64,000 nucleotides of DNA from Schmidtea polychroa (Eukaryota). The first letter of the stretch is position 1, and every line of letters starts with the position of its first letter. The DNA lies in assembly GCA_044892525.1 (NCBI GenBank), contig CM097885.1, forward strand, positions 27,344,001-27,408,000. Reading direction: 5' to 3'. Positions 1 through 55,565 of this stretch are shown here, piece after piece. Position numbers and translations under genes: made by a program. The notes under the pieces are model-generated. The model was not told the origin of the DNA. It made no database searches and saw nothing but the letters and a program-made list of their open reading frames with translations.

Positions 1-115
1 AAATTACTTCATTTTAGCTTTAAAAGATTAAAGGTTGTGACAGAAAAACGTTTAGGTGATGATGTCTTGCCGTAAAGTGTGAGATATTCAACAGAGTTCC
101 AAGACGTAATAACCA

Positions 116-310
116 TTGGTGGGTTACAGGTGGTCAGACATCTTACCTTTTCTTGCTGTTTCCAGCGTAACCCAGAATACAAGGTTGATTCTACCAATTG
201 ACACCCGATGAATGATCATAGTTGGTAATTTATTAACTGGGTGAGTACTCGCAAAAAGTGAGCGCACTACTTGCACTATAATTGTCGGGTACTCTTTGGG
301 TCCACGGACT
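116..310 (-). repeat. Dispersed structured repeat, copy A (homologous to 34548-34778 and 52208-52438)
   Basis: Reverse complement shares AGTGCGCTCACTTTTTGCGAGTACTCACCC and TGGGTTACGCTGGNAACAGC...GTAACCCACCA with the other two copies. Confidence 0.85.
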
Positions 311-1396
311 TGACTCTATTGTTTTCCCAAAATCGCACAACTTTTCACTCAACCTTATCATCCGACTATTACAAATTACAATTTTATTAGTTGTCTAACT
401 ACGTTGCGAAACAAATTGTAGATTAGATTGTAACTTAAAATTCAATTACAACTCAATTTGTAAATCAAATCTTAAAATTGTACATGAACTTTTGACACTT
501 TTAACATTTGTTTTAACTCGGTAAATTATTAAGATACAAATGGGATTCTTTCAACGGGAATATGAAATTAGTTCACAACTTTGTTGAATATGATTCGTTA
601 TATTTCTGATATATCAGGTTCCTTTTGCTTCGTAATATGTGATTTTCTTAGATATGAATGAACGTTGCTGCTATCCTGCAACCATTCAATGATGCCGGAA
701 TTTATAATCCAATCGTTAATCAGAACTTCTCAAATTCTCTTTCCTACAATGATCCATCTTTCTTAGAACAAATGCTATTGCTCAGAACAAGGTGAATATC
801 TGCCAGGGAAATTTTTAATCATTTTGATTCTCGGTGTTATGTCTACATGAGTGTGGCGCGAAATTAATCAATTCTCTCGTTTAGTTATTTATTTATTTAT
901 TTAATTCCGATTCTATTCATAATAATTAATACCGATAGTAGTGATAGTAATAATAATATTGATCACGCTAATGCTAAGTATATACCGAATTCGACTTATG
1001 TAACAAGCCATCGTGAGTAGACACGTTTGAAGCTAGTCGATTGGAGTCATTGATTTCCAATCAAATATGTACAATAAATGTACTACAAGATTATCCAGTA
1101 AACTTTGACGAAAGAGCCACTTGAAATGAGAGGAAATAACGTACGAATTCTAACGGGTTAAAGGCATCGCTATCAACGGTTGAATGAATTATTCCCTTTG
1201 TTGATTATGAGAATAATGTCAGTAGGTAAATAATGGCTCCCTGTAGCAGCAAATTTATGGTAGCATATTTTGAAGAATAGTAAATAGAAAGGGTAGCGTA
1301 GTGTATGAAGCTGATTAATTAATGAATATAGGTTGGTACTTGGTTGTTCATACCTAGTTTTTAGTACTTGGTAGTTAGTACATGGTTCTTGATTGA

Positions 1397-1515
<119 letters not shown>

Positions 1516-2144
1516 CACAAAATCTTATTTCATAAAAATTTCCATATATAAAATTTCTTTAGTTTTAAAAATTCTCAACGTCCACTTATTTTTAAGCATC
1601 ACCCTAATTTCTCATAAGTCATTAAATTTTATAAATATCTAACCAAAAAAAATATATGCACAAAAAATCCTGGGACCTAAAATAACCCTCACTATAGTAT
1701 GATTTTGAAAATTACTCTGTGGCCCACTTCAGCATAGGCTTTTTAAAGAGACCTGGATTTCATGTACAAAAATTCAATAAAAATAAAAGTAAAAAAGCTA
1801 GGAACCATGTTTTTGTATATGTTAAAATTTATAATGAAGGCATTGTAAAAATTGATTGGTTTTTCTATAAATCTGACATTGTACCAAATCAACAATTATA
1901 TAGAAAATCTCTTATGATTATGTCATGTTCAGGTTTTGGTTATGCATTAAAATATCTTGGTACAATGTCACGTACATAGGAATGGATACCTGTCATTCAC
2001 ATATATACTCAAAATATTTCTTTCCTACTAATTTGTTAGATATCTAGTTCAATATATAGGGAAGCACAAAAAACTTGCTAATAAAGCAACTTAAAAGAAA
2101 TGGTTGAGCGTACCTTTGAAAAGTATGAATTCCAAAAATTGTAT

Positions 2145-42750
<40,606 letters not shown>

Positions 42751-45700
42751 ATTACACAAAGAATAGACAAATTTTAAACAAAAAATATTAATATATATTA
42801 TAGCATTTTATTTAAGTTTAAAATTTTAAATTAGTTGGAATAGAATAGATTAAATTTCTTTTAATTATAAAGAAATGCAAAAATTGTGGCAAATAATTGA
42901 TTGAATAGATAAATAATATATTTGTCTTTTTTCTTAAACCAGGTTGAACTATAAGATTAGGGCTCCTCTATTTATTTCCAGTTGATGAAATACGTCAAAT
43001 GTCAATTAGAACTTTTAGAAAGTGAAATGAAGACTATTAGTGTGTTATATGATAACCAACATATTCTTTATGATAATAAAAATTATATTTAAAACATGAA
43101 TTTAAATTATACTGACGGCTGATTATGATATTCGAGCTGTTAATAGCAGTGTAACTATTTACCTCGACAACCGTAAGGCCACATAATCTTCATAACAAAA
43201 ATTCTAAGTCAACTTTAGTACTTTGCCAAGTGGGAAATTATCTGCAAGAATAAGCTCATTAAGTGAAACTACCAATATTCTAATATTCCAATAGTTCATG
43301 GTTGAAGGTTACAATGTTTTGTCCGTTTTTTCATTATCAGGACTATGTTATTTAAACTTGTCTCCCTTTACGGTATATTATTGTAGAGCTGCCTAAAAGA
43401 ATTTTTGTTCTCATTTACTGTCCCGTTCTTTTACCCTTTAACGATAAAATATATTGTTACCGAAAAAATGTTGGGCTAGAATCGAAAAATTTAGACCTTG
43501 TATAAATGAGCCGGAAATATACCGCATGGAAACCGCACCAAGTCGAATAATACAAATAATACAAAGTAAAGCACACAACACATTATAGATAAATAAAACA
43601 TGTATAATAAAAATTATAAACGCAAGAAGTTGCAATTACCAACAGAGTTAAGAAAAACAATGCATTCGAAAAATCTGCTAACTCAAAAATAAGAAAATAA
43701 TAAATAAAATAAATTAATAATAATAAATTAAGAATGATTATTGGTCGTATTTAAATACGAAAGACCAAAATCAAATTAACTAGAAATGTTATGGCTCAAA
43801 TTACATACGAAGGACCTATCGCAGAAAATACAGAATTTAAGAAAAAGAATAAGAAAAAATTAGTAAAAATAATAAACAATTAAATAGAAAAAAGTGCCAT
43901 GAAAATCGTTAAAGAACAGACGAAATACAATAGAAAATAAAATTATTAAATAGTTTGATGGTTTAAAACAATAAAATAAATGCAAAAAAAATTAAACTAT
44001 TCATGCAACACTAGAGTAGGTGTGCGCTCCAGTTCTTAAAAATTCAGAATTTTTACACACCCTGATTTCGCTGAGTGGCATCAAACACGTAAGTAGGCAA
44101 CACAAATTAATATAAGTACCGACTCAAAATTTCAAAAATTTGCTCTCAGTTTTTCAGCGTTATTTGAATTTTATGTCTATGCTCGCATAGTAGTAAGTTA
44201 TATATATCCATGCGTAGTATAATTTCTAAGTTAATAAATTTTTACATTTTATTTTTTTATTTTTGTTTCCATAAACTATAACCATACCTTTGAGGCAGCA
44301 CAAAAATAATTTTTAAACAAATTGTGTGAGCAGCAGCGACAAGGAAACCGATCTAAACGCGCAGTTTCTTTAGAGTTTGGGGGTTACCTTAACGGGTCAT
44401 AAACTAGTACAAAGGTGGACAAATCGATTGGTGTCCAGCGGGTTGATACTAGAGCTGAACAACCACTATCACACCATGGTCATTGATTAACATTCAAAGT
44501 GGATCCTTTGTCTCGGAAGTCAGGATGAACAGACAGGGACACACATTCCGCCAGAGGCGCGAGCAGTAAATCAATGCGACTCGTGGTGGAGGACAACTAG
44601 ATGTGACCCCAGTTGGTCAACACAGTAATGAAAACTTATCGTAAGACCTCCAGAATTTCTGTGTCACACGTGTGGCAGGTAATCTGGGTCTGGTCTAGAA
44701 AACAATTAACGAATAGCACCGAAGTTAAAAAATATAAGAAAATGTTTTTTCAGGATTTAGATTTACACGTGTATTAAAATGATCAATAAGAACAGATTTG
44801 AAGATTATTTGAAGATAGCATTGAATAACATCAATCACTGTAGAAAATATGGGAAAACTTTCAAAATGGGAAATAAAGTGGATCCCAGCGCAAATACTTT
44901 GGAAATAACATTGAATAACATCAAATCATGAGGATCATAATTAAATGAACAAGGAGGAACAATAATCTAAGAAATGGATAGATAATGGTAAAAAGACGTA
45001 AGACCTTTTTGCGCCAGTCATGAACCCGAAAAAGAAGAAACAATGAGGAGTAGTTTTTCAAATAAACTCTCAAAAAATACATTCGAAGCACTAACCAGAA
45101 AAAATGGAGAATTCAGAGGATATTTTCTGCCCGGTTTCGTTTGATGAAGAGTACGAAGCTGTTTCACATTTCACTTTCGTAGACCACTTGCAGGATGGCT
45201 CATGGATCTTTGAATGACTCATTGTAAAACTCCTCCCTCAGATAAGAAAGCGCTTTTATACAAGCACTGCAGAGAGACTACAGACTAGAATAATTGAAAT
45301 GAGAACATTTATCTGATCTAACCCGAAACACAAATATGCCAGAGTCCTTCCCTTTCGAATTAACGATCTAAAGTTCATTCTACAACATGGATATGTAAAC
45401 TGGCGACTTGATCTAATTAATTCCAAATTGAATGAGTATGAAGGCATTATTATTATGAAGAAGTTATGTACATATCAGAAGAGATCTACTCCCAATGCAC
45501 AAGATAAGGGACTTACTTTGATTGGGAATCTGAAGCTAAACATCGGATGAAGCTAGAAGAGAATCCTGCTACTGACCTTTACAGAAATCTAAACCTGCGA
45601 CAGGAAGCATGTCCAGGCCTGCTCGATCAAGCTAGATCAGATCAAACGGATCATGACAATCCAAATGAGTCAGAATTTTTTGGTGCATATGTCCAAAGTT

Positions 45701-45987
45701 AGATATGTCAACCTCATGCCAATCGAATTTCAAATCCAGCAAATGGAAGCTCAAAATAAGCTCGTATAATGAATCTTATAATTCCTCTTTCGAAGAACAG
45801 ATTTATAACCTAAAACTCAGATTAAAAATTTTCGACCCTGAACGTACCACCTACCACTGCTGAAAAGGCTTATGGACTGGTATTTTTGCTTCAATATATT
45901 TATATATTTAAAATATTTTTTTACGGATGTCTAACAATTAAATATGATAAACATTACAAGCTTTGTGATACCCAGTGCAAATTACAA

Positions 45988-46027
45988 TAGTAGACTAGTT
46001 TCGAGCTTTTGGCTCTCATCAGTACTA
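45988..46027 (-). ncRNA. Minimal type I hammerhead ribozyme
   Basis: Minus strand reads UAGUA-CUGAUGA-GAGC-caaaa-GCUC-GAAA-C-ua-G-UC^-UACUA: complete core, stems I and II, palindromic mini stem III and a GUC cleavage triplet. Confidence 0.85.
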
Positions 46028-48384
46028 ATCAAGAGACGTGAAAATTTCTTTTCGCGCCAGGTAAGTATACAATATTGCTGATTTAACTCTATTGCATACT
46101 TTACCTGCTACACTGGAAATCACATCACTTGCAAATTCGCTGCAAACTTGTAAACATGGTGTATGAAAAATCATACTCGCCTCTGGAGACACCGTCATAC
46201 ACAGAAACTGTTTACAAGTCTTCTAACATTCATTATGACTGAAGAATATCCTTATTGGAACTCCATCACTACAAACTGTTTTAGCAGTAGAGCTCACCTG
46301 CTCATTGATTTTCAGCCATTGTGTACATCACCAACATGATTATTACCATGGCTACGCAGATGGTATAAAGTAAAATAGTCATTTAGGAAGGAGTCGATTC
46401 AAAATCCATTAACAACCCTAACACATTCAAATGACACACTCCTAAGCTCCGACACATGAAAACATTGAAATGATATGAATGCACAAATTACAGTGAACAA
46501 GAACCATGTTAATGGTTGAAGATAAGACAGGAACGAATAAGACTACTGTTACTGATTGAAGTTTAGACGACAGTGAATAACAAACACCTTAATGACTGAA
46601 AAGAAAAAAAAACAATGAATGAAACAAACATTAATGATTGATGAGAAAAGACAGAAAATACTACCAATATTAATGATTGAATTAAAGAAGTCAATGAATA
46701 ACGTCAAAATTAAGAGTTGTAACATAAATAAGAAATTGTAAAATGAAAAGTAGACAATGAAAACCATTTGTGCCGAAAAATAAAACAAACGAGACAGTGA
46801 ATGACATCAAAATTGAAAATTAAATACAAGGACAATCAAAACATTAATTATAATGATTAAAGTGAATTAGACGATGAATAACTAATGTTGGGCTAGAACT
46901 GATTTCTGAACCCAAAGTTAGGAATGGGACGAAATGTGTCAGTACACAACACGCATACCCAGCATTAAGTTTACTTAAATAAAAATAATTAAAACACCAA
47001 GTAAACAATAATAATAGAGAGATAATATACCCAAAAATAAAACATCTGAATTAAAAATAAAATAAAACACGAGCAAGAAGTATTACACGAAAACCTACTC
47101 AAATATAACCGAAAGACATAAAACAACAAAAAACAAATTCGAATAAAGGCGATTAGTAAAAATGCAAAAAGAAAATTAAAGAAAATCTCCATAAAATCTT
47201 ACGAAAAGAAAATTATATCGATATTTCGAATAAAAATCCAGAACAATTCATAAAAATGGCGAAATCCATAATGACCGCCAAACGACCCAATAAAAGTTAT
47301 AAAAAATAAATATTTTAGTTTAAAAAATAAAATTGTTAGAAAAGAAATCATAAAAAAACAATTTAAAAATAAGAAATAGATTAAATTTAGCATGGAATGT
47401 TCTGGAAATGCTGAAATCCATCATGGAGGCAAATTTAATAAAAAATAATTCAAAAACAAAATTCCAAAAATAAAAACAAAAATTCTTACTGAAAAATCGC
47501 CATCAAAATCGATAAAAATTAAAAATCGAATGTTCGAGAATTAAAATAATCCGAATTTGTTTTACTGCATCAATGCACGCATGTATACTTACACGTCAAA
47601 CAGAGGCTATATAAACTAACACATTTCGTCACTTTTAAAGGAAAAAAATGCAAATGAATATTTTTACTCTTATGCCAAATTTTTGGTTTTGATTTTTCTG
47701 AGATTGTAGGTAAGAACGATTTCATTGTGAATTATAAATTATTATTATTGAAACCTTGTTTTCATTGTTTTCTTTATAACTATAGAAATGTAGGTTTGAG
47801 TGAGATCGTCGGTTATCATTGATTTTGAAGCGAGATCCCAGCCAACCCTACACCTATGCACTTTATCATCGATGAGTACACAGCCCACAATGATTGCAGG
47901 CCACTGCCTGGCACACACTTATCAATATTATTGGTTTCTTTTTGTTCGGTCATCGGAGGTCGTCCACTTCATGGTTCTGCCATGGAGTTGAGTCGATAAA
48001 ATCCCTCCGTTATGACTCTAGCTAGTTATTATAGGTCGACAGTAGAATGTTGACTCAACACAACATTAAGGCTTGTCGTAGCGGTCACAGTGGGGCCGTG
48101 TAAGCAAGCACTCTTCCCGACTTTCAATGGATGAATAACTTACATAGTTAAAATCTACATCCAAAATAATCACAATACAATACACTAAGGTTAATAAACA
48201 GAGTAGATCTCAGACCTAAATTAATCACAACTCTGCAATTCACAATTAATGTAGACGGTTAAATATCATCAAGAACCAACTCTACCTATACGTTTGTCGA
48301 ATCTAGATTTATAAATGTCCTAAATAAATTTTCTAGTAATAATGTAAAGTAAAGATTTTTTTTTTAAAAAAAAATGATTGATTT

Positions 48385-49873
48385 AGTAGCGATAGTATTC
48401 ATAAAGGTGTTCGACATGCGTATCGGCAAGACTTGCATTTTAAATTAAATAGACTCTAAACTAACTATAAAAATACAAATCGTAAACCCATAAAAGTATA
48501 AATTATCATCTCAATTGCATAAAAATATGAATTATACTTATAGATTTAATTTCTTCAAAATATAAATTATGATTAGTTATAAAGGTATAAATTATAAATT
48601 TAATTTCTTAAAATTCTAAATTACAAATTTATATTGACGATAAAAATTATAAATTATAACTCTAAGTTAATTATAAAAGTACTTTATAAAAATATAAATT
48701 ATAAACTTAAAAGTATAAATTATAAAATTATATTAGCTTTAGAAATATAAACTATAAATTTAACTTCATAAAAATATAAATTATAAAATTATATTAGCTT
48801 TAAAAACATAAACTATAAATTTAATTTCATAAAAATATAAATTATAAACTTATATTAGCTGAAAGACTATAAATTGTAATCTTAAATTGGTCATAAAAGT
48901 ATAAAATATAAAGTACGTTAACGATAAAAGTATAATTTATATTAAGTTGTAAATTTTTTATAAATACCCCCCCCCCCCCCCCGAGTTACGTAATCGTCGA
49001 AACAAATGTTCAGATTCATAATCTAACTTATATATGCATATTTGAAACTTATAAAAGTATAACTTACCTTTTTTCATAAGTACCCCCTCAAACTATACAT
49101 TAGTCGAGAGCAATATATATATATAGCAATAAATTAACTTATATATGTACAGTTATCAAACTTAATAATTCCTCAGATCACCTAACCATTAATTATTGTC
49201 TAAATACATTAATATATTATCTCTACGATATAAATTTGGAAAATTTTGATAAATGACCCCCCTTAATTCACCTGATACACTCATTTAGACTATTTAATAT
49301 ATATCCTTAACTTAGATTACCTTTAAAATTATAGTTGAAAATTTTTCATCGAGGACCCCCCCCCACAAACCATATAGTCATCAACTACTACTTAAATATA
49401 CTAAATTAGCTTATCATAATATACATTTAACTTATAATATATTTAAAAATATAAATGGTAAATTTTTATGAATGACCCCCCTCAAAATTATACAGTCTTT
49501 ATCCATTACCTAAGTATACTAAATTACCTTATCTTAATATATATTTAACTTACATTATATTTAAAAATATAAATTATAAATTTTCATGAATGACCCCCCT
49601 TCAGATCATATAGACATTAATGATTACCCAAAAGTACTAATTTAATTTATTTTCAGATATATTCAACTTATATTACCTTTAAAAATACAACTTGTATTTT
49701 TTATTTAACCGACCCCCCTCAAATCATATAGCCATTAACTATTACGTAAGTATACTGAATCATATCACATTCATAGACAGTTAAATTACATTTCATTTAG
49801 AATTATAAATTCATAATTTTTCGTAAATGACCCCTCCCCCATATGTAGTAATCTTATAAAAATATAAATTTAC

Positions 49874-49946
<73 letters not shown>

Positions 49947-50150
49947 GTTACCAGTAACATTATCACTCTTATTATTATTATTATTATTATTACTATTATC
50001 ATTATTATTATATTATTAAAATAATTATCTTTATTTCATGAAAATAAAATTATAAAACAAATTATTGATTTTGGGATTCCCCTATCTCTAAATTTAGTTT
50101 CAATGACCCTATCTTCCAATAAAATTATAGAAAACCACTAAAATCTATTT
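48385..50150 (+). repeat. Composite tandem array (TATAAATTA units, then ~110-bp units ending in GACCCCCC, then (ATT)n); possible orphan TIR of another Polinton family
   Basis: Begins AGTAG and has the same layout as the TIRs of elements 1 and 2. 50040-50130 recurs at 33610-33710. Confidence 0.5.
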
Positions 50151-50732
50151 TTAGTAACACTCCCCCCTCCCTGAAAACGACATCAATATTATTAATTTAG
50201 ATTATATCCATATATGTATATATGTGTGGGTGTATATGTATATATATGTGGATGTGTGTATGTACATACAGATTTATAAAACCACCTTATAAAAATACGA
50301 TAACCTTTCCCCCCAAGACCCCATGTTATATAATGACCACAACCCCTTTAAGGTAATAGAATGAAAATAATTTACTAAAGCAATTTATTAAAATAATTTA
50401 TTAATTTATTAAAATTATTAGATTTATTTTCAACTCAAATCAAAAAGAGCCTAAATTTATTAATTTCAATCACTAAATTTCTTTACATCAATTTTTCTTT
50501 GAATCATATTTATACCAAAGTCCTTCGAGCTCAGTTGATGGACCGTCCCGATGAAATACATTTCCTGGGGTTGGAAAATGGAAAACTTATATTAAAATAT
50601 CTTTCAGAATTTCTTTTAGATTTCCACAGTTAAATAATTCCAAATTATTTCTCACAAATATATTCGATCAAAAAGAATTTTAATATTTTATTTAATTACA
50701 ACATCCTGAATAAAAACTCAAAAAAACTCCAA

Positions 50733-51398
50733 CTACAAATCGGCTTTATTTCTTTGCTTGGCTGCTTTAGGATCATAAATAGGCATTTTTTCATTTATTA
50801 ATCGGATAAAATCAGGTTTTTCTGTACAACCTTTACATTCTTCACCCCAGCTTTCTAATATTCTTTTGAGATCTTTAACGCGAGCTTTGTTTAGATTAAT
50901 ACCAGTAAGATCAATAGGTTTGTCTGAAAAATAGTTGAATTAATATTTGAAATCTTAACTGAACATACCATATTTTAATTCACAAATTTGTGAATCAATT
51001 GCTTTTAGTTTTTCAGACTTTTTCAGCGGGCATAACCCAACTCAAAGGCTGAGACAAATGTTTTACAATATATGTAGTAGATGTTACCAAACCTCCAATA
51101 TAATAACACTAAAAATAAATTACAATTTTATATTAATCAGTTATAATATCTTACAAGACTTTATTCTTTTCCTTTACTTGTTTTGCACATTTCTTTGAAT
51201 TTGTTTTCAATATTTTCGATATTTGTACTTTCATCTCCATCTAGACTATCTTTCAGGCGTCTCACAAACTTAACACAAACTGAACAATTTTTAAATATAA
51301 TCAAAATAAGTGCCAAATACCTTCGCAATTATTTTTTAACTGCAGCTGACATTACATAGTAAACATTGATTAGAAAAAAAAACTGATAAAATTTTCAT
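50733..51398 (-). pseudogene. MANF: MANF/ARMET (CDNF family), 4 exons (51398-51321, 51279-51155, 51108-50969, 50923-50733), disrupted
   Basis: Signal peptide, [33 protein letters not shown] and C-terminal KADL. Lesions: in-frame TAA in exon 2, 2-nt loss in exon 3, homopolymer shifts in exon 1. Confidence 0.9.
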
Positions 51399-52207
51399 TG
51401 CAAAATATCACTAATTAATAATATATAATTGAGAGAAGAGGAGGATGATTTGTTAAAAAACTATTAGTTAAACAAGTTTAAAATACTTCAAACTGACGTA
51501 TAAGTTTTGTTTAAAATGTAAGCAACGAGTATTGTAAAATTAATTTAATATTATTATAAATTTTGAATTAAAATTTTCTTAAAATTCTAGAAAAAATCTA
51601 TTATTAATAGAAAACAAACTTTTAAAAATAAATAAAGTTTGAGTCAATTTGAATTTTCTAGAAGTATCTCTTAAAATTATATAGGGAATTGTTTTGTAAC
51701 AGTTATTGATGTATTTTGAATTTATTTAACTTGAATTAAAAATATAATATTAACAAAAACGTATTGTGAGATTTTGATTGTTGATCTAACCATCTCTCTA
51801 TAACTACCCGGGCTCAACAAAGGGGAGTGTCATTGTAGGTCAACTAGGACAATCATAGTCACAGCGAAATACGCTTAGTCAAATAATACGCGGTCATAAA
51901 CAATCATGGTTCTTGTAAAGTTATTATATTTTGTTGTTGTGGTTGGTGAAATTTCTGACCCTTATTTGTATGTTCACCAATATATAAGTTGTTTTTTTTT
52001 GTTTTCTAATTAAATTCATTATCCTCAAAAATTTCTTAAGGTATGTTTAATAAACTATGGCTATGTTTCACTTAATTTATATTCAAACATTTTAGATGTG
52101 GTATTGCATGAACAGGTTTTAATAGATTAATGTATGATTCCTGATGACTTATGATCGTTTGAGGATAGAAAGTTTGTATAGGCATAGTTGAGAAAGTAAT
52201 TATAATA

Positions 52208-52438
52208 AGGGACCTGCGTAAATCGGATATATATCTTCTAACGATAGTCCGTGAACCCAGTAGAGTGCTCGACAATTACAGTGCAAGTAGTGCGCTCACT
52301 TTTTGCGAGCACTCACCCTCTTGATACAGTACCAACGTTGATTACTCAACGGGTATCAAGCGGTAAATAATGTTGTATCTTGGGTTACGCTGGTAACAGC
52401 ACTAAAGAGCAAAATATTTGATCATCAGTAACCCACCA
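52208..52438 (+). repeat. Dispersed structured repeat, copy C
   Basis: Aligns by eye with copies A and B. Confidence 0.85.
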
Positions 52439-52859
52439 CTAAAGAAAATCAAAAATCTAATACGGAAACAATAAATAATAGCAAACTATCGAAATTCAAA
52501 GTGTAGAAATATCGGAAACCGCTAATATTGAATATTAAAGCGTAAAGACAGTCAGTTATATCAAAATCAAAGAATCAGATGGACGAGAATGAATAACATC
52601 ATAAATGTGAAATAAAGCTGAGATAATAAAAACGGTAAAAACTTTAAATTGAAGTGCAAAGACCAACGAGAACAATGATAATGAGTAATTGAAACAAGAG
52701 ACAGCAAATTGAGATATGAAGACACTAAATAATATTAAACTCGTAGAAGAGATAGAAATAAAAAAAATAACAACGAAGTCGCAGAACCAGAAAAAAGGTC
52801 AATGAATAACATCCAAATTGAAAAGTGAGCGCATATACAATGCATATCAAAAATTTTAG

Positions 52860-53465
52860 TGTTTGAGTCGGCGAAAATAAATGATGAATAAAATATAAAG
52901 ACAGTTAATAGGATCAAACGACAAAATGCCATAAGAGAACTCTGACTAGCAACAAAATTTGATAGAAATATTGGGCAAAAATATTGGGACATGAGTTAAA
53001 CAAAGAAAGTTTAACAAAATATCTGCTGGTACACTGTGCAGCTGAGAAGTATTTGAATCTAAAATGACGAAAGATTTTACAAAATCAATGAGAACTATAG
53101 TTTTCAAGTCCATACCACCATAATACAAATGGTGTGATAGAACTGAAATTCAGGATAACAGGGGACTATATAAATGTATCATTAAAAGAAAAAGGTAGAA
53201 CAGATTGGACAGAGATCATACCAGAGATTGAATTTACTATGAATGCAACATTTCAGAAATCAATTTGGCAAAGTCCCGCAGAAGTAATATTTGAAAGAAA
53301 AATCTTAAAAATAGAAAAAAAATAGTAAAACGCCGATTTCGCAAAAAGAAGATACACGAGAAACAATGCAAACAAAAGATCATTCAATATTGGAGATGAG
53401 GTACTGGTAAAAGTAGAATCAAGAACGAAAGACAAGGAAAGATACTAAGGGCCATACAGAATAGT
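52860..53465 (+). pseudogene. Ty3/Gypsy integrase remnant
   Basis: SPYHHNTNGVIE, DWTEIIPEIEFTMNAT...SPAEVIF, FNIGDEVLVK and GPYRI (GPY/F motif). Confidence 0.8.
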
Positions 53466-54850
53466 AATTTTCTTTTTAAAGGAAACTCTAGCATTTACAA
53501 GGATTAGTGAAATCTTACAGTCTTCACGGATTATAATTTCGAATTCTATTCGTTCTGATCTGTTGGTTACTGGGTCTCCCTTTGAATGATTTTTGGTGAA
53601 TGCTTTTATTTCTTTTTAGAGTCTTTGGCTTCTTGGTTTTCTTTGATTGTTTTTCTTTTTTATTTGTCTTGTTGTTGAAGAGTTCTCTTGAGAGTGTGAG
53701 TTAGAGTAATGCCTTGAGATTTTTGATTTGAGCTTTATTGATTTGATATTTTGAGAATCAGAAATTTTTTGATATTTTTCTTTTTAACGATTCATTTTTG
53801 ACGATTTATTTTTTGACAATTTATTTTCTGACGATTAATTATGTTTGATTTGAGAGAGTGTTACTTTCTTTTTGTGTCGATTTATTGAGTTGTCGATAAA
53901 TTGATTGTTAGAGTGTTTTTAGTTTTTAGTTTGGTTTGGGACAGTGTCTAATTTTCAATTTTGGTTCGGGTACTTATACACTTGTTGTGTAACTCATGTA
54001 GGTAACCACACTACCTGAGTTTAATGTAGTTTTCTCTCAGGTGCTCGCTGTTTCGATCTGAGCACCGATCATCCGTTGAATCACCTCAAGTAGGTGCGAT
54101 TGATTTATTACTTTTTATTAATGTTAAAAAATGACTTTATTAAAGGTCAAATAAAATTAAGTTTTAGGGTTTTTTTGTAATTTCTCTATCTGTAATTTTT
54201 TTTCGGAGCATTTTCTGTTACTTTTTGAATTTTTATTTTTTCTATTTTATCTTTTTTTCCCTCTGAAATGTTGATACCGATGGTTGGCTTCTTTGTCTTT
54301 GCTTCCATTTCATTTGTCGACTCTATTATATTTGAAATTTCGTTTTTCAATTTTTTCTTATTGATTTTTTGTTTTAATTAGTATTTTTTGTCTTTTCGTT
54401 TTTCTCATGTTTTAGGCTTTAATTTGCATTTAATTTGCATTTTTGGTTTGATAATTTAATTTGTCTTCTTATTATTTCCCTTCTCTCATATTTTTTATTA
54501 TTTTATTTATTTCTAGTACTTGTATGCTCTCTTTCTTTTACAGTTTGAATTTTCGCAATTTTTTCTTAGTTGTCTAAGAAATATTATTATTTTCGATATT
54601 TTTCTATTATTTTTTACTTAGGATTTACAGTTCAATATTTTTTCTTTTTTTGAACTTACTGGATAATTTTTTGACACAGTTTCCGTCTCACTTCATTTTT
54701 AAAATTATTCTAAACAAATTGTTACAATTATTCAATAAATATAATTTTTGATTAATATTAATCTTTAAATACTTAAATATTTTCTAGATAAGTCATTAAT
54801 ATATTTCATGTTTTCATTGTTTAAATAATATAATTTTAGAATTTTTGAAG

Positions 54851-55565
54851 ATGAGAATTGTTAGAGAAGATGAAATTTTTAAATTATGGAAAATTCGAAT
54901 TACTATAATGCAGGTTAATTCTGCTACTAATTAACATTCTATATAATAGAATATTATTACAGATGTTAAATGATAGAGGTTATTTAGTTACTAATAATGA
55001 ATTTGAAATATCTGAAGAAGAATTCAAGAATAGGTTTTTAAATGTTAACATAAATAATCTATCAATCGTAGCGAACCATCAAAAAGATCCAACTAATACT
55101 ATATGTGTATTTTTCAAAGAGGGTGGAAAATTAGTTATTAATAACATTCCTGATTTGGTTCAATGTATGAAAAAATATGAAACCAAAAGATCTATAATCA
55201 TTATTAATGATAATTTAAGCCGAAGAGCAAAATATTTTTTGAAAGAAATCGCAGAATTTTTTCTTGTGGAATTTTTTCATGAAAATGAATTGGTTGTAAA
55301 TATCACCAAAAACATACTAGTACCAAAGCATTACGTTTTGAGTAAAGAAGAAAAGCAAGAGGTTCTTCATCGATAGTAAATAATAAAAATAATTTATTAT
55401 TTTAAATCATTGACTTTTAGTTCAGTTGACGAAAGTCAACTGCCGCGCATACAGCTAAAAGATCCGATTTCTCGATATTTCAATGTAAAGAATGGCGACA
55501 TGTTTAAAATAGTGAGAATATCGAAAACTGCTGGAAAATATATCACATACAGAATTGTTTATTAA
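54851..55565 (+). CDS. POLR2E: RNA polymerases I/II/III shared subunit RPB5; exons 54851-54913, 54963-55375, 55421-55565
   Basis: [45 protein letters not shown] and [11 protein letters not shown]. Two short GT-AG introns; the frame is open. Confidence 0.93.
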
